From assembly GCA_951406725.2 (NCBI GenBank), contig OX597815.1, positions 85,684,001 through 85,748,000 on the forward strand: 64,000 nt of DNA. Direction: 5' to 3'. Source of the DNA: Octopus vulgaris (lineage: Eukaryota). Under the pieces are notes generated by a model, which worked only from the letters and a program-made list of their open reading frames with translations, was not told the origin of the DNA and did no database searches. The stretch's first letter is position 1; each line of letters starts with the position of its first letter. Below are positions 1 to 12,141 of the stretch, piece by piece. The translations under genes and the position numbers were made by a program.

Positions 1-631
1 ATCTGGGTTTACTTCTAGATCTAGATCGGTTTTTTGTCCAGTTTCTTGTGGGTAATCTCTGTTGAGGTCTTGAAAATGATCTCCTGTTATTTCTACTGCT
101 AATGGTCTGTTCAAAACAATATCTATTTTGTTTGTGCTTTTTGTTCATGTTGTGTGCATTAGGGTGTTTGCATACAAAATGGGAAGAGTTCTTACCGTAG
201 TTCGTCTTCGATTCGTGGTGAAACGGGTGTTCATGTTGCCACGTGTTCTGGTATATGTTGCGTTGGTGAGGTTGTCCACTTTTAATGCTATTTCTCGGAG
301 TTCTGGTGTCTTTACCGTAATTTGTAGCATATTTGTCGAGAAATAATTGTTTCCGCTGCCAAAACTTTCTTGATCTGCTTTCTTCTTTTGAGATATCTCT
401 GATCCATAGTTCTCGCATTTTTTCTGCTATATTGCCGGTCGTTAGTTTGGATATTTCATCTCTGATTTGATCATCGATAGCTTCGTATTTGGCTTTGTAG
501 CGGGATTGTTTAGACAGGGTAATGGAGATGTCGGTCCTGAATTTTATCAAACTAAGGTCCCATCGAAGTTTAGTTTCTTCCTCTGGTTCTCCTGCAATTT
601 CTTTAATTAGGTACTTCCGAGGTACCACCAT
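1..631 (-). mobile_element. Open ORF1-like frame of a non-LTR retrotransposon, running off the left edge
   Basis: Manual translation from ATG 631 gives 210 stop-free codons to base 2: MVVPRKYLIKEIAGEPEEETKLRWDLSLIKFRTDIS...MRELWIRDISKEESRSRKFWQRKQLFLDKY...NWTKNRSRSRSKPR. It has a helical N-terminal part and a basic R/S-rich tail. It is absent from the ORF track because it has no stop in the window. The LINE ORF1 identity is inference. Confidence 0.55.
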
Positions 632-1163
632 CACCACTAGCAACAATAATTAAGGTGCTGACAATGATGATGAGGACAATTGAAATATAAAAATATAAAA
701 ATCTCTGACAAAGGATATTTACAACATTTCTAAAAATAACCCAACAATTGCTGCTTCGGCCAGGGTCAAGATACAGGACTCTTGACCTGTCCAACAAAGC
801 GTGATGCCTAAACCAATCAGCTCAACCAACCAATCAGCTTAAGTAATTGAGTGATACTACACACTGATTGGTCAGAATACAGTTTGCAAAACCTAGCACT
901 CTGGAGCCTACCCAGCTGTATTTATAGCACAGAATCACTCATCTTGCTACAGTCAAAAATTGTGAAGCATGACTGTCAACACTACTACATGAACCCGAAG
1001 ATTGCAGAATTCAATGCATGAAAGTACTAGTTCAATCAGAATGAATATTTAACATTCTACTATTTCATTTTATTTTATTCAATTATAATATATTATCTTA
1101 TAATATATCATTATAAGATTGTAAATAAAACGTGAAAATCAGACAAGGTTGGAATTCTTTTTA

Positions 1164-1198
<35 letters not shown>

Positions 1199-1664
1199 GC
1201 ACCCCCCATATATATATGCATACACGCACACACATACACATACATATGCATATATACACACACATATATATATTTATATATGCGTATATCCTCACACATG
1301 TACACATGTCCATATATGTATTATTAAACAATCAGGAAATAAGATTGGAGAGTTAGAAAATTAAAAACGGAGACAATGGCAAGTCAAATAGGGTCGATGG
1401 AGATTACCTAAGGTATGTTCGGAATATGTACTGTGTGGTGATTTAGGTTGCATTTAGATTTGTGTTAAATTTTGAAAATATGAAAAAAAAAAAGCGGTGG
1501 TTGCATGTACCTTGGGCCTCGTTATATTTATTTAGTAGTATTGAAGAGTTGTGTTTCATTATGTGGAATGCCTCTTTCAGGTATAGCTTATCTCTAAATA
1601 TAATATGTGACAATTATTCGGTAGCCATGACAAAACTCGGAGGTTTATCATGGCTACCGAATAA

Positions 1665-1704
<40 letters not shown>

Positions 1705-3999
1705 TGTAAATAGTAAGGGTTTACTCCAAACGTTTACCGGTTCGCTCTCAGGTATTCAAAATAGATTATTCAACAGTTAATATATAAATCCAGTAACATT
1801 CTTATAAGATAAGAATTTAGATATATATTCCGTTGGATAATTCTGAATATATTACCTTAACCATATATGTTTTGCTGAAGTATATAATATCAACAATAAT
1901 AATGATAATACGGATTATTACGAAGTTGCATAGCATTACCTTTAATTCTTTTTCTATATACACAGCTTTACGTAGACCTACGTATGTTTCAACAGCACCG
2001 ATTAGTAACCGTTGCAATGGTAACCCTACTATAATACCGGTGCAGTTTCTACAGGCTTTTTACTTAATATCCTTCGATTTAACTGTTTAAGTTATCTACT
2101 CTGCGTTGTATGTAGAGTTGCACATGAGGAAATTTACACTTGCCCGGTATAAATGAAGAATAAACATTTAAACAACAGAATCTTTTGAAGTAATGCACTA
2201 TATGTGATTATCCAATCAAAACTTGAATTGGAGATTGTTCGTGTCTAACTTAACAGACAACTCTACATTATACAATACAGAGAAGATAACGAACAACCAA
2301 ACATGCGAATTCACCCCCACTGTATTGCTGGTAGTGTCACTAACATTTATTGTATCTGTTTTAACAGTTTGCTAAAGAACTGATGAGAAAAAATATTCTT
2401 TAATGAACTGGCAAGAATTCAGGCAAAGTCTGTCGTAATGTTCGCGTGCAGCGCATCAAAGATTTGTTACAACTGATAGAATCATCAACACCCGATTTAA
2501 AGTTATACATCTATTAACTTCTGAAAAATCAATGGTTTATTTTACGTGTTTAACATTTACTCGACAATATTTTCTCAACTTTTAATAATGTACAGACATC
2601 ACTTTCACATCGTTTAAAGAACAACAATTTAATGAATTTTAGCACTTTTACATAACGGAAATGCTTGTCAAAACAAGAAGATAAAGTCTTTAACCTCTAC
2701 CATCACACTCTCAGCCCGGATCAATTTACAATTTTCAATCTTGGCACAAAGAAAAATATTACCAAAACATAAAATGTCCTACTTGAATTATTCAGTCTCG
2801 AGAGACTCTTAGTGATAAAAGTATAATAAATTGAGAAGAAATTGCAAAATTTAGTCGTGTGTAAAGGAAATAGATAGATATTTAAACAAAAGCTTATTTA
2901 ACTAGAATCTTAATCTAGCTTTACCGGACTTGAAAAAGAACAAGAAAATTGTAATTTGCAAAGGCGATAAAATCAATTTATTTGTTATTATGCCAAAAGG
3001 CAAATGTATTACAAAAATACGGTTATTTTTTATGTGTATCCACGTAGCGATGTAAGAACTATGCAAAGGCAAACACTTATCTATATGAGAAAGGGTAGTT
3101 GCTATTTGAGAATTCCCAGTAGTAACTAATTTGTTGAATTTGAATAGTAATTGCGTAGGAGCATTGTCTTTCCTAATTTTGACGAATGTTAGTAGTATCA
3201 TGTGTCAACTAGCTACTGGTATACAAAGCACAACTAAACCTTACTTCAGCCGGGGCACAAATAAAATATATTCGAATTGAGCAGTGTTATATACACACGT
3301 GATGCGGAATACGTTAAGCACAAAGTGTAAATTTTAAGTTAATATGTCCAGGAATTTGAATACTTGCCCTTTATGCGAAGTGCATCAACATTTTCGAATT
3401 TAACTTCTTCGAAATATAAATTATATATACTTCTCAAAATATTTCCGGGTGTCTATCGAAAAATTTAGTAAACGAAAACTTAGAAAAAAACACAAAACAA
3501 AAACAAAAAAAATCTTAGGACACTATAGCTTTATATATGTTAAGTGATGATGTACTGATTGCAATATACAAAATAGTTTTAACTGAACTTTGCCTCCTTG
3601 TTGGAAAAGAAAACCACAAATCTAGTAGCAGGTGTAAGTAGAAAGGGGTGTTCATTTTAATAAATTAAGAATTAATCTCTTAAAGTTAATTTACTTGCAT
3701 AAAGGGAATAAAGTCTGATCATTGCAGATAAGGAACAACTGAAGGCCTGTTTCGAAGAACTAGAACGCATCAGGATAATATAAAACTGTTCAAGTAATCA
3801 GCAGAAAGATAATAATTACAAATAAATTTCGGCAGTGTAATTTGTATATTTGAAATTAATAAGTTAAGGGAAATCAGTAGAGTAGACCAATGATATATGT
3901 CAAAGTACCTATTGGGTGTTGCAACGAATATGCAAAAGAATCTTAATTGAAAGAAGACCAAACTCAGTGTAATGCCTTTCAGTATATCCGCATTCACAA

Positions 4000-4213
4000 G
4001 GCGGCAAGTTGGCAGAAACGTTAGCACGCTGGACGTAATATTTCGCGGTATTTCATGTGTTTTTACGTCCTGAGTTCAAATTCAGCCGAGGTTGACTTTG
4101 CCTTTCATCCTTTCGAGACCGATGAATTAAGTACCAGTTGCATACTGGGTCGATCTAATCGACTACCCCTCCCCCAAAATTTCGGGTTCTTGTGCCTAAA
4201 GTAGAACAGAATA
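4000..4213 (+). mobile_element. tRNA-derived SINE with Deu/Nin-like central domain
   Basis: GGCGGCAAGTTGGCAG head, B-box-like GAGTTCAAATT, central GACTTTGCCTTTCATCCTTTCG...AAGTACCAG. Homologous copies at 38735-38933(-), 53153-53365(-) and 61920-62060(+). Confidence 0.8.
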
Positions 4214-4593
4214 TCTCCATATTCATGGGATTGATAAATTTGAGTTATTCACATTGGTTCATTAATTTTTTAAAATTATCATAAATATAATGCTGGCTAA
4301 GCGAATTAAAAATCTCCGAAGAATTTAAAATAACCATTTATTACATTCCTCGAGACGTAGCCATGTCTCCCTGATGAAGAAGATTTAGGATGTGTTTATG
4401 CATTATGTATTAATCATATATTATATATCTCCAGTTCAATAATATTTTTCAGTAGTCTATATGATGATATTTTATGTGTATGCATAATACATATATTATT
4501 TTTAAATATCTTACGTGTCTTTTTGCATAAGATAAAATCAATACTGAGACCGATCATGGCCAGAATTTACCTAACATCAGGTGGCCAGCTCAA

Positions 4594-4710
<117 letters not shown>

Positions 4711-5162
4711 GGTATCAATATACATAAATACATATATAGATAAATACAGGTATATCTTGCAAGTTATTAACAGCGAGAATCCAACCAATAATATATGTTA
4801 ATTTTTAACATTCTCCGGTTGATTTCGACGTGAATATGCAAAAGAGCGAAAAGTACATTCTCGTCCAAATCTATCGGGACGTGTTTAGAATGTAAGCTGC
4901 TTTGCATGTGCACAGTAATTTAATATCAGGTTGGCAGCGTTAAGCACGTATGAGAAAATATTCTGTTAGCTGACTTTGTTAACTCTAGAATTCCAAGTGG
5001 TGTCTCTGACTTAGGAGACAAAATGATGCCGAAACACTGACGTCTCAGAGTCCGCTACGTTACTGAACCATGTGTATTCTCAACACGGACACATGGTCTC
5101 TGAAGGGTGATGTTCTCCGAAAACGAAATTCAACAGTGAAAAGCATATTAATAATGAACATG

Positions 5163-5168
5163 CATACA

Positions 5169-5202
<34 letters not shown>

Positions 5203-5210
5203 AACATACA

Positions 5211-5275
<65 letters not shown>

Positions 5276-5303
5276 ATATATACATACATACATACATACA
5301 TAC
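5163..5303. repeat. Compound (CATA)n/(TA)n microsatellite
   Basis: Directly visible. Confidence 0.95.
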
Positions 5304-6177
5304 AAATACATGCACGTACATATATGCCGCGAACATTCCAGAAAAAAAGAACATTTATGGTGAATTAATGAGGAACTTACAACTCGTTTACCATGACTAT
5401 AAATTCTCATTTGTATCTATTACCATAATTGAATTAGGTTATGTACCAACAAATTTACACAAAATCTTAGAAATACAAGGTTTGTCAAAGAAAGAGCAAA
5501 AGAAATCCAATTTATTAGCGACACAGTGAAGATTTGTAAGACATTCCAAAGATACTCCATCTGAGCGTCTTTAGACGAATAGATGCAGTTGAGTGTGCTT
5601 ATCGGCAGCTCAGCCAACACACCGACTCAACCACAATTTACAAACATTGAACGCTCTTAACTCAAAAAGTTTTGTCGCTTTGTTAGCGAGCGGCTTGACC
5701 TCTCTTAAGAACTTAAAAAAAGTCGAAGAAAAGCATGTATGCATATAAACACAGTCATACGTATATGCCTATATTTATAAAGAGAATTGATGCACAAGCA
5801 TCATAGATTAAAATCACTGTAATTAAGAGCTTTCCACTGCATATTCATTTTTGCAGTAGCTTTGAATTTCAGTCTAGGTCGTCCATGGTTTCTCTTCTTT
5901 CTTGGTTTTCTGGCATAGTGGGAGTTGTCTGGTGTCTGTTGTCCATCCTGTGTCCCAACTGACATAAATTTCTATCAATGAAGATATTCAATCCAGGAGG
6001 TAGACCAGCACACCGGATAATCTCTTCATTCTTGATATTTTGAAAGAGAGCGATATTCATAATCTCGCAGCTCTCTCATAATACATGCATGTAATTTGTC
6101 TTTCTCAGCTTTGTAGGCTACCTAGATCAAGTATAAAGATGTATTTACATGCTTATTTATATATGCATATCTATGAG

Positions 6178-7297
6178 CAGGTGTGGTCACCGTTTGTGCG
6201 GCGCGCTTTCCTGCAGCCCGTCTCCATGACCGAGCTGCAGTCATGGATCAAGAAGAGGTCGTGGAAGGGCGAATGACACCACGAGTGTCGCTTTGCTTTC
6301 CAGCAACTATGCTGTCCCGGGTCGACCTTGAGCGATTGCATCACAACCAAGGTATTCTATAGGGAATTAGTGGAGGAGAGGTACGACGACGAACTCGGGG
6401 CGAATCTGGGCGAACCTGAGCGTCGACGAGGAATACCTGACCCGCCTGTTCAAGACGACTTTCGGGCCGAGACCTATGGACAACTTCCAGAGATCCCTGG
6501 CCTGGCAGTGCTACTGCGAAGCGCTACTCGTTCGGGATAATCTCTACAGATACGGCTCAAGAAACACGGGGCCGACCTGCCCGAGATGCGGTCAGAGCGA
6601 CGAAACCGTTCTGCTCGCACTCGTGCAGTGTCCAACCATTTCCGACCTGTGGGCTTATGTCGAACGACTGCTGTCACGTGTGGGACGAGTCAGTTTATCA
6701 GCCGAGTCTATCGTCAATATCGTCACGCCTCCTTCCTTCAAACAGGAAGGAAGAGCTATTTTCACCATACTTGTAGCTATGGCGAAAGAATATCTCTGGT
6801 GGACACGTCTGAAAGGATTAGAGACAAGCACTTTCCTCTCTGGTCAATCTATCATCAACTTCTTCAAGTATCACCTGAAAAGGAAAGTGAGAGTAGAGAG
6901 GCAAGTTTTGTCTAGCGAATGTTTAAAAAAAAGATGGGTGAATGTAGCAAGGATGGCACGTATGAATGACGAAGCCACCTTGAGCATGATCATATGAACC
7001 CGGAAAAATTTAAAGCAGAGGGTTACTTACTCGCAAATAAATGTGTTAACATGTGACATTATTGATCGAGGTTACCGTGGTCTTCTCGGTAGGCTTTTCT
7101 TTCCACGGATAAACATTATCTTTTTTCCCCTTTACACTTTACATCATGACATTTCTCTGATACACGATCCCTATTGATCGTTTTTTTACGACCCTTTTTG
7201 ATCGAAAACCTACCCCCCTTGTTTTCTCCCCCAAAAGGAAAGCTCTACTTTGTAATTTGTCCCCTCTGTGTTCAGCCCTGTGTGGCTAATAAAGAAA

Positions 7298-7352
<55 letters not shown>
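6178..7352 (+). mobile_element. 5'-truncated Tx1/L1-clade LINE 3' end (zf-RVT domain, 3' UTR, (CT)n tail)
   Basis: Abrupt GC-rich block. ORF 6476-6997 has LAWQCYCEALLVRDNL...CPRCGQSDETVLLALVQCPTISDLW, the RT-associated zinc-binding motif. AATAAA at 7288 is followed by (CT)n. Confidence 0.8.
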
Positions 7353-7364
<12 letters not shown>

Positions 7365-8017
7365 GCTTGTATTTATGTATCCTTATTCTTAGTTATCCAT
7401 ATATTTGTTGTTGCTTTTGTCATACTATTCTACGTAGTGTATTTTTTCTCATTATCTCTATGTATTTAAACCAGTAACTGTTTTCTGATCAACTTAACAT
7501 AACATTCCTGATGCTTTCGGTAAACATTGTTTTTCAAATTAATTTGTATCAAATTTATTTAATTTCAATTAATTATTTATCACTGTTATGCAATTATACA
7601 TTTGGACGTGTTTGTTTTGATGAAGCAGCTGTTGAATACAGTTAAAGTAAGAAGTACTCGTGAATCTGAGAAATATATGCTTTTCTACCTTCATGATGTA
7701 TATATTTATAAACCATGGTATATATATATATAATTTTTTTTCGTAATGCGATAAAAGCCACGGCTGAGTATATATATATATATATATATATATAATCAAT
7801 ATAGGGTGGCAAAAAAATTTTGTAGAATTCTTTTGCCACCAGCGGCCTAGTAGGAAAAAATTAAAATAGTCATAGACCATTTTTAAGTTCAACATCAACA
7901 ATAAAGGAACGGCCATAATAGGCCATTCACCCACTAGAAATAACAGCCAAAGCTTCAACCGCAAATAAAAGTTAATTCAGTAAACCAGGAGAAAATTTAA
8001 AAAACATTTACCCTGTA

Positions 8018-8124
8018 ATTTCTTATACGATATACCGTTTCATCTGCTGATTAATGGTAAACTAACCCGATTAAATTAAATCAAGCCAATCTTCCACAGG
8101 CCCTCAGATTCTTCAGTAAGAAAT
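8018..8124 (-). ncRNA. Type I hammerhead ribozyme (copy 1)
   Basis: AUUUCUUA-CUGAAGA-AUCUG...CAGAU-GAAA-CGGUAUAUCG-UA-UAAGAAAU. Stem I is 8 bp, the stem II base is 5 bp with an extended hairpin, stem III is short, and the cleavage triplet is GUA. Confidence 0.8.
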
Positions 8125-8510
8125 AGCCCAAGACGGAACAGATATTTTCACGAGGCATTTCCGACGTTGCCAAGTTTATATCTGACCTAAAATTTTCAAA
8201 TCGTCGCACTCGCGCCAAATTTATCGGCAGCAAATAAATATAAGCCGTCGATTCCATTACGGAATTAACCAGAAAATTCATAATTAATCAATATAGGGTG
8301 GCAAAAAAAATTTTGTAGAATTCTTTTGCCACCAGCGGCCTAGTAGGAAAAAATTAAAATAGTCATAGACCATTTTTAAGTTCAACATCAACAATAAAGG
8401 AACGGCCATAATAGGCCATTCACCCACTAGAAATAACAGCCAAAGCTTCAACCGCAAATAAAAGTTAATTCAGTAAACCAGGAGAAAATTTAAAAAACAT
8501 TTACCCTGTA

Positions 8511-8617
8511 ATTTCTTATACGATATACCGTTTCATCTGCTGATTAATGGTAAACTAACCCGATTAAATTAAATCAAGCCAATCTTCCACAGGCCCTCAG
8601 ATTCTTCAGTAAGAAAT
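8511..8617 (-). ncRNA. Type I hammerhead ribozyme (copy 2)
   Basis: Identical to copy 1, 493 bp away. Confidence 0.8.
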
Positions 8618-8988
8618 AGCCCAAGACGGAACAGATATTTTCACGAGGCATTTCCGACGTTGCCAAGTTTATATCTGACCTAAAATTTTCAAATCGTCGC
8701 ACTCGCGCCAAATTTATCGGCAGCAAATAAATATAAGCCGTCGATTCCATTACGGAATTAACCAGAAAATTCATAATTAATCAATATAGGGTGGCAAAAA
8801 TTTTGTAGAATTCTTTGCCACCAGCGGCCTAGTAGGAAAAAATTAAAATAGTCATAGACCATTTTTAAGTTCAACATCAACAATAAAGGAACGGCCATAA
8901 TAGGCCATTCACCCACTAGAAATAACAGCCAAAGCTTCAACCGCAACGTCGGAAATGCCTCGTGAAAATATCTGTTCCGTCTTGGGCT

Positions 8989-9095
8989 ATTTCTTACTGA
9001 AGAATCTGAGGGCCTGTGGAAGATTGGCTTGATTTAATTTAATCGGGTTAGTTTACCATTAATCAGCAGATGAAACGGTATATCGTATAAGAAAT
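8989..9095 (+). ncRNA. Type I hammerhead ribozyme (copy 3, in the inverted segment)
   Basis: Stem I 8989-8996/9088-9095, CTGAAGA 8997-9003, stem II 9004-9008/9067-9071, GAAA 9072-9075, predicted cleavage after 9087. Confidence 0.8.
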
Positions 9096-9215
9096 TACAG
9101 GGTAAATGTTTTTTAAATTTTCTCCTGGTTTACTGAATTAACTTTTATTTGCGGTTGAAGCTTTGGCTGTTATTTCTAGTGGGTGAATGGCCTATTATGG
9201 CCGTTCCTTTATTGT

Positions 9216-9288
<73 letters not shown>

Positions 9289-9294
9289 TATGTG

Positions 9295-10410
9295 TGTTTT
9301 TGAGTACAGTAATGCGCCAGGCATCTCGGTCCTTTGTCAGCTCACCGGAAAGGTTCTGCGTCCTGATGTCGTTCTTCAGTACTTCATCCATATCTTGTTG
9401 GGTCTTCCACTTCTTTGTGTCCCATCTACTTTGAGAGATCGGCACTTCTTTATGGAGCTGTCTATCTGCGTCACATGACCAAATTAACGCAGTCTTCTCT
9501 CTTGCACACACCAACTAATTCCTTTTGATGCCTAACTTCTCTCTTAAAACATTCTGTCGAATATTTACATTTACATTACACATCCAGCGGAAAATACTAG
9601 CCTCATTTCTTTCTAGCCTTCGCATGTCCTCTGCATTCAGGACCCATGTCTCACTACCATGTAGAATTGCTGTCAGTATACATGTATCATACAATCTTCT
9701 TTTCATCCGGAGAGAGAAACCTTTCTTTGAATTTTCTCCATCCTATTTTTATTCTAGCTATCACACTCCGTGCATCCAACCCCGCTACTAATTTGGTTCC
9801 CTAGTTAGCAGAAATTATCTACTACCTCTAATGAGCCACCAGAGCACTTGAGAGAATCAATTTCCCGAGTCTCTAAAGTTTTTATGGATCCTGTGCATCT
9901 TCCATTTACGAAAAACTATCTTCTCTGATAAGCTTCCCGTTAATCCACTGCACATCTTGTATGACCATAACTTACACTGGGTACACCATATGGAGTTCCT
10001 GTCTACACCTTTCGTACAAATCGAATATGGCCACCTATCTAAGGTGGATAGGGTTCTGTCAGTTTTCTCGCTTACTAGGATATTAATCTTTGTTAAGTTA
10101 ATCTTGAGGCCCTTAGATTCCAGGTTTTGCTTCCACACATGAAATTTCTTGGAATCTGCTATGAGGGCCAGATCATCAGGGTATAAAAGTTCCCAGGGAT
10201 GCCAGTCTTGAATTCCTCTGTCATGGCCTGGAAGACAATGATGAAAAAGAGGGGACTAAGGTCTGATCCTTGATGAACCCCTACCAGTACATCAAATTCT
10301 TCGCTGTACTCCCACTTTACTAACAGCGTCTTTGTACATGGCCTGTACAACTTTCACCAGCCACTCGTCAATCCCTAGCTTTCTGAGATCCCACCATATC
10401 ACACAGCGGG
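9295..10410 (-). mobile_element. Degenerate RTE-clade LINE fragment (RT C-terminal half)
   Basis: Frameshifted pieces: VGVHQGSDLSPLFFIIV, LESKGLKINLTK, WCTQCKLW, RRLYDTCILTAILHGSETWVLNAEDMRRLERNEASIFRWMCNV, and KDRDAWR near the end. Confidence 0.9.
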
Positions 10411-10629
10411 GCATTATATATATATTTGATTAATTTAATTCAATTCAATTCAATCATGAATTTGCATTATTTTTATATCTCTGTACGAAACGATCGTCTG
10501 CGTGAATTAAAATTCTCATATTTTAACAACTTCTCTTCTCCATTTTTAACTAAATTGTTGAGTTTTATGGGATTTCTTTCCATAAATTCACAACGCATCA
10601 TATACAAGTATATATATATATATATATAT

Positions 10630-10903
10630 ATCACGTGATCACGTGACCGACCAGGCCATCAGATGTTGCTACACATCGATGGTCACAATGCGTTCGCATT
10701 GTTTTAGCCTTCGAACGACGCCACCCCGCTGGCTAAGCGAGCAGGCCAACAGAAGAGGGAGAGAAAGAGTGGTGAAAGAGTACAGCAGGGATCACCCCCC
10801 CCTGCCGGAGCTTTTAGGTGTTTTCGCTCAATAAACACACGCAACGCCTGATCTGGGAATCGAAACCGCGATCCTACGACTGCGAGTCCGCTGCCCTAAC
10901 CAC
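10630..10903 (-). mobile_element. tRNA-derived SINE
   Basis: Minus strand begins GTGGTTAGGGCAGCGGACTCG...GGTTTCGATTCCC (A/B boxes) and ends at a (TA)n run. A second partial copy lies at 41781-41948. Confidence 0.8.
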
Positions 10904-12054
10904 ATATATATGCACTTAACATAGTTCATAAGCTAATTAGCTTATAAAAAGATAGAACAGGTCTTGTAGCTCACTTAATGATACGTTGTATAAAAGAAAG
11001 AAACCTTTTCTTAAATATCACCTGAAATAAGTTTGTCTGCTGTACGGCACTTTTAAATAACGTCGTTACGTCTATCTCGGAGCTTCGATTGCTCGTTTGA
11101 GCACATTATATAAAAGCATTATATTTATACTGAAATTGCATAGCTCTGGCATTCATGTGATGCAGTAAACATTATAAATATATTGTGGTGTATTCAACCA
11201 ATATTACTATTTCGTCTGTCAAATTAACCTAATGTGACTGGCCTGAGGAAAATGTTCCTTTCGTTGTTTTTCTACTTTTCATATTAATCTTATATATAAA
11301 CATACTTTTCTATCTACGAGGTAAATTATGTAGTGGAGTTTTATTTTTCTGACCATTTATCTCTTTTGTGTTCACAAACATGTTGTGCAAATGTAGATAT
11401 CTTTTATTTTATTCTTAGCATATGCTACATTCATTTTACTATTCCGAAATAACTAAATGATATTCCCTTACACGCAATCTCACTACGCATGTATGTATGT
11501 ATGTATGTATGTATGCATGCATGCATGCATGTATGTATGTATGTATGTATGTATGTATGTATGTATGTATGTATGTTTATACGTGTATTAACCATACCTA
11601 ACTGGACTCATCTCTTTTTCTCATAAGGATAAATATGAATCTCCTAGATTTTATTCTGCTATTTCCTTTCTCAAGTTTTGTGTAAAAGTTTTGCTTATAC
11701 TTCTTGCACTGAAGAGTACATTGATATATAATTAATATATTTTATTAATTTAATTTAATTCATTTCAATCATGAATTTGCATGATTTTTATATCGTTGTA
11801 CGAAACGATCGTCTGCATGAATTAAAATTCTCTTATATATTTTAACAACTTCCCTTCTCCATTTTTAACTAAATTGTTGAGTTTTATGGGATTTCTTTCT
11901 ATCAATTCACAAACACATCATATGCAAGTATTATTTTCATATCCGCTTATATATACGCCTGTAAACTTCCAGTAAAATATGAAGAATCAATATTAGAAAT
12001 CTTTTTGGGAAACCTCCAAATTAAAGGACGAATCTAAACTCAACCTTTTTACAC

Positions 12055-12121
<67 letters not shown>

Positions 12122-12141
12122 AGTGTGTGTGTGTGTGTGTG

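Larger units (their letters stand above)
7793..9219 (-). mobile_element. Penelope-like pseudo-LTR / retrozyme-like array: 2.3 tandem ~493-bp units plus an inverted 277-bp partial copy, inside (TA)n
   Basis: Units 7793-8284, 8285-8777 and 8778-8946 are near-identical. 8943-9219 is the reverse complement of 8387-8663. (TA)n at 7769-7792 and 9219-9285. Each full unit and the inverted copy carries a hammerhead fold. Confidence 0.8.

Noticed and set aside
7805-7850. Hairpin followed by CTAG as a Helitron 3' end
   Set aside because: The unit continues beyond CTAG in all copies, and hammerheads plus tandem/inverted structure fit Penelope or retrozyme better.
8081-8774. Two identical 66-aa ORFs (and three MRLKLWLLF ORFs) as duplicated genes
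   Set aside because: By-products of the tandem and inverted repeat; no domain, and they overlap a structured RNA.
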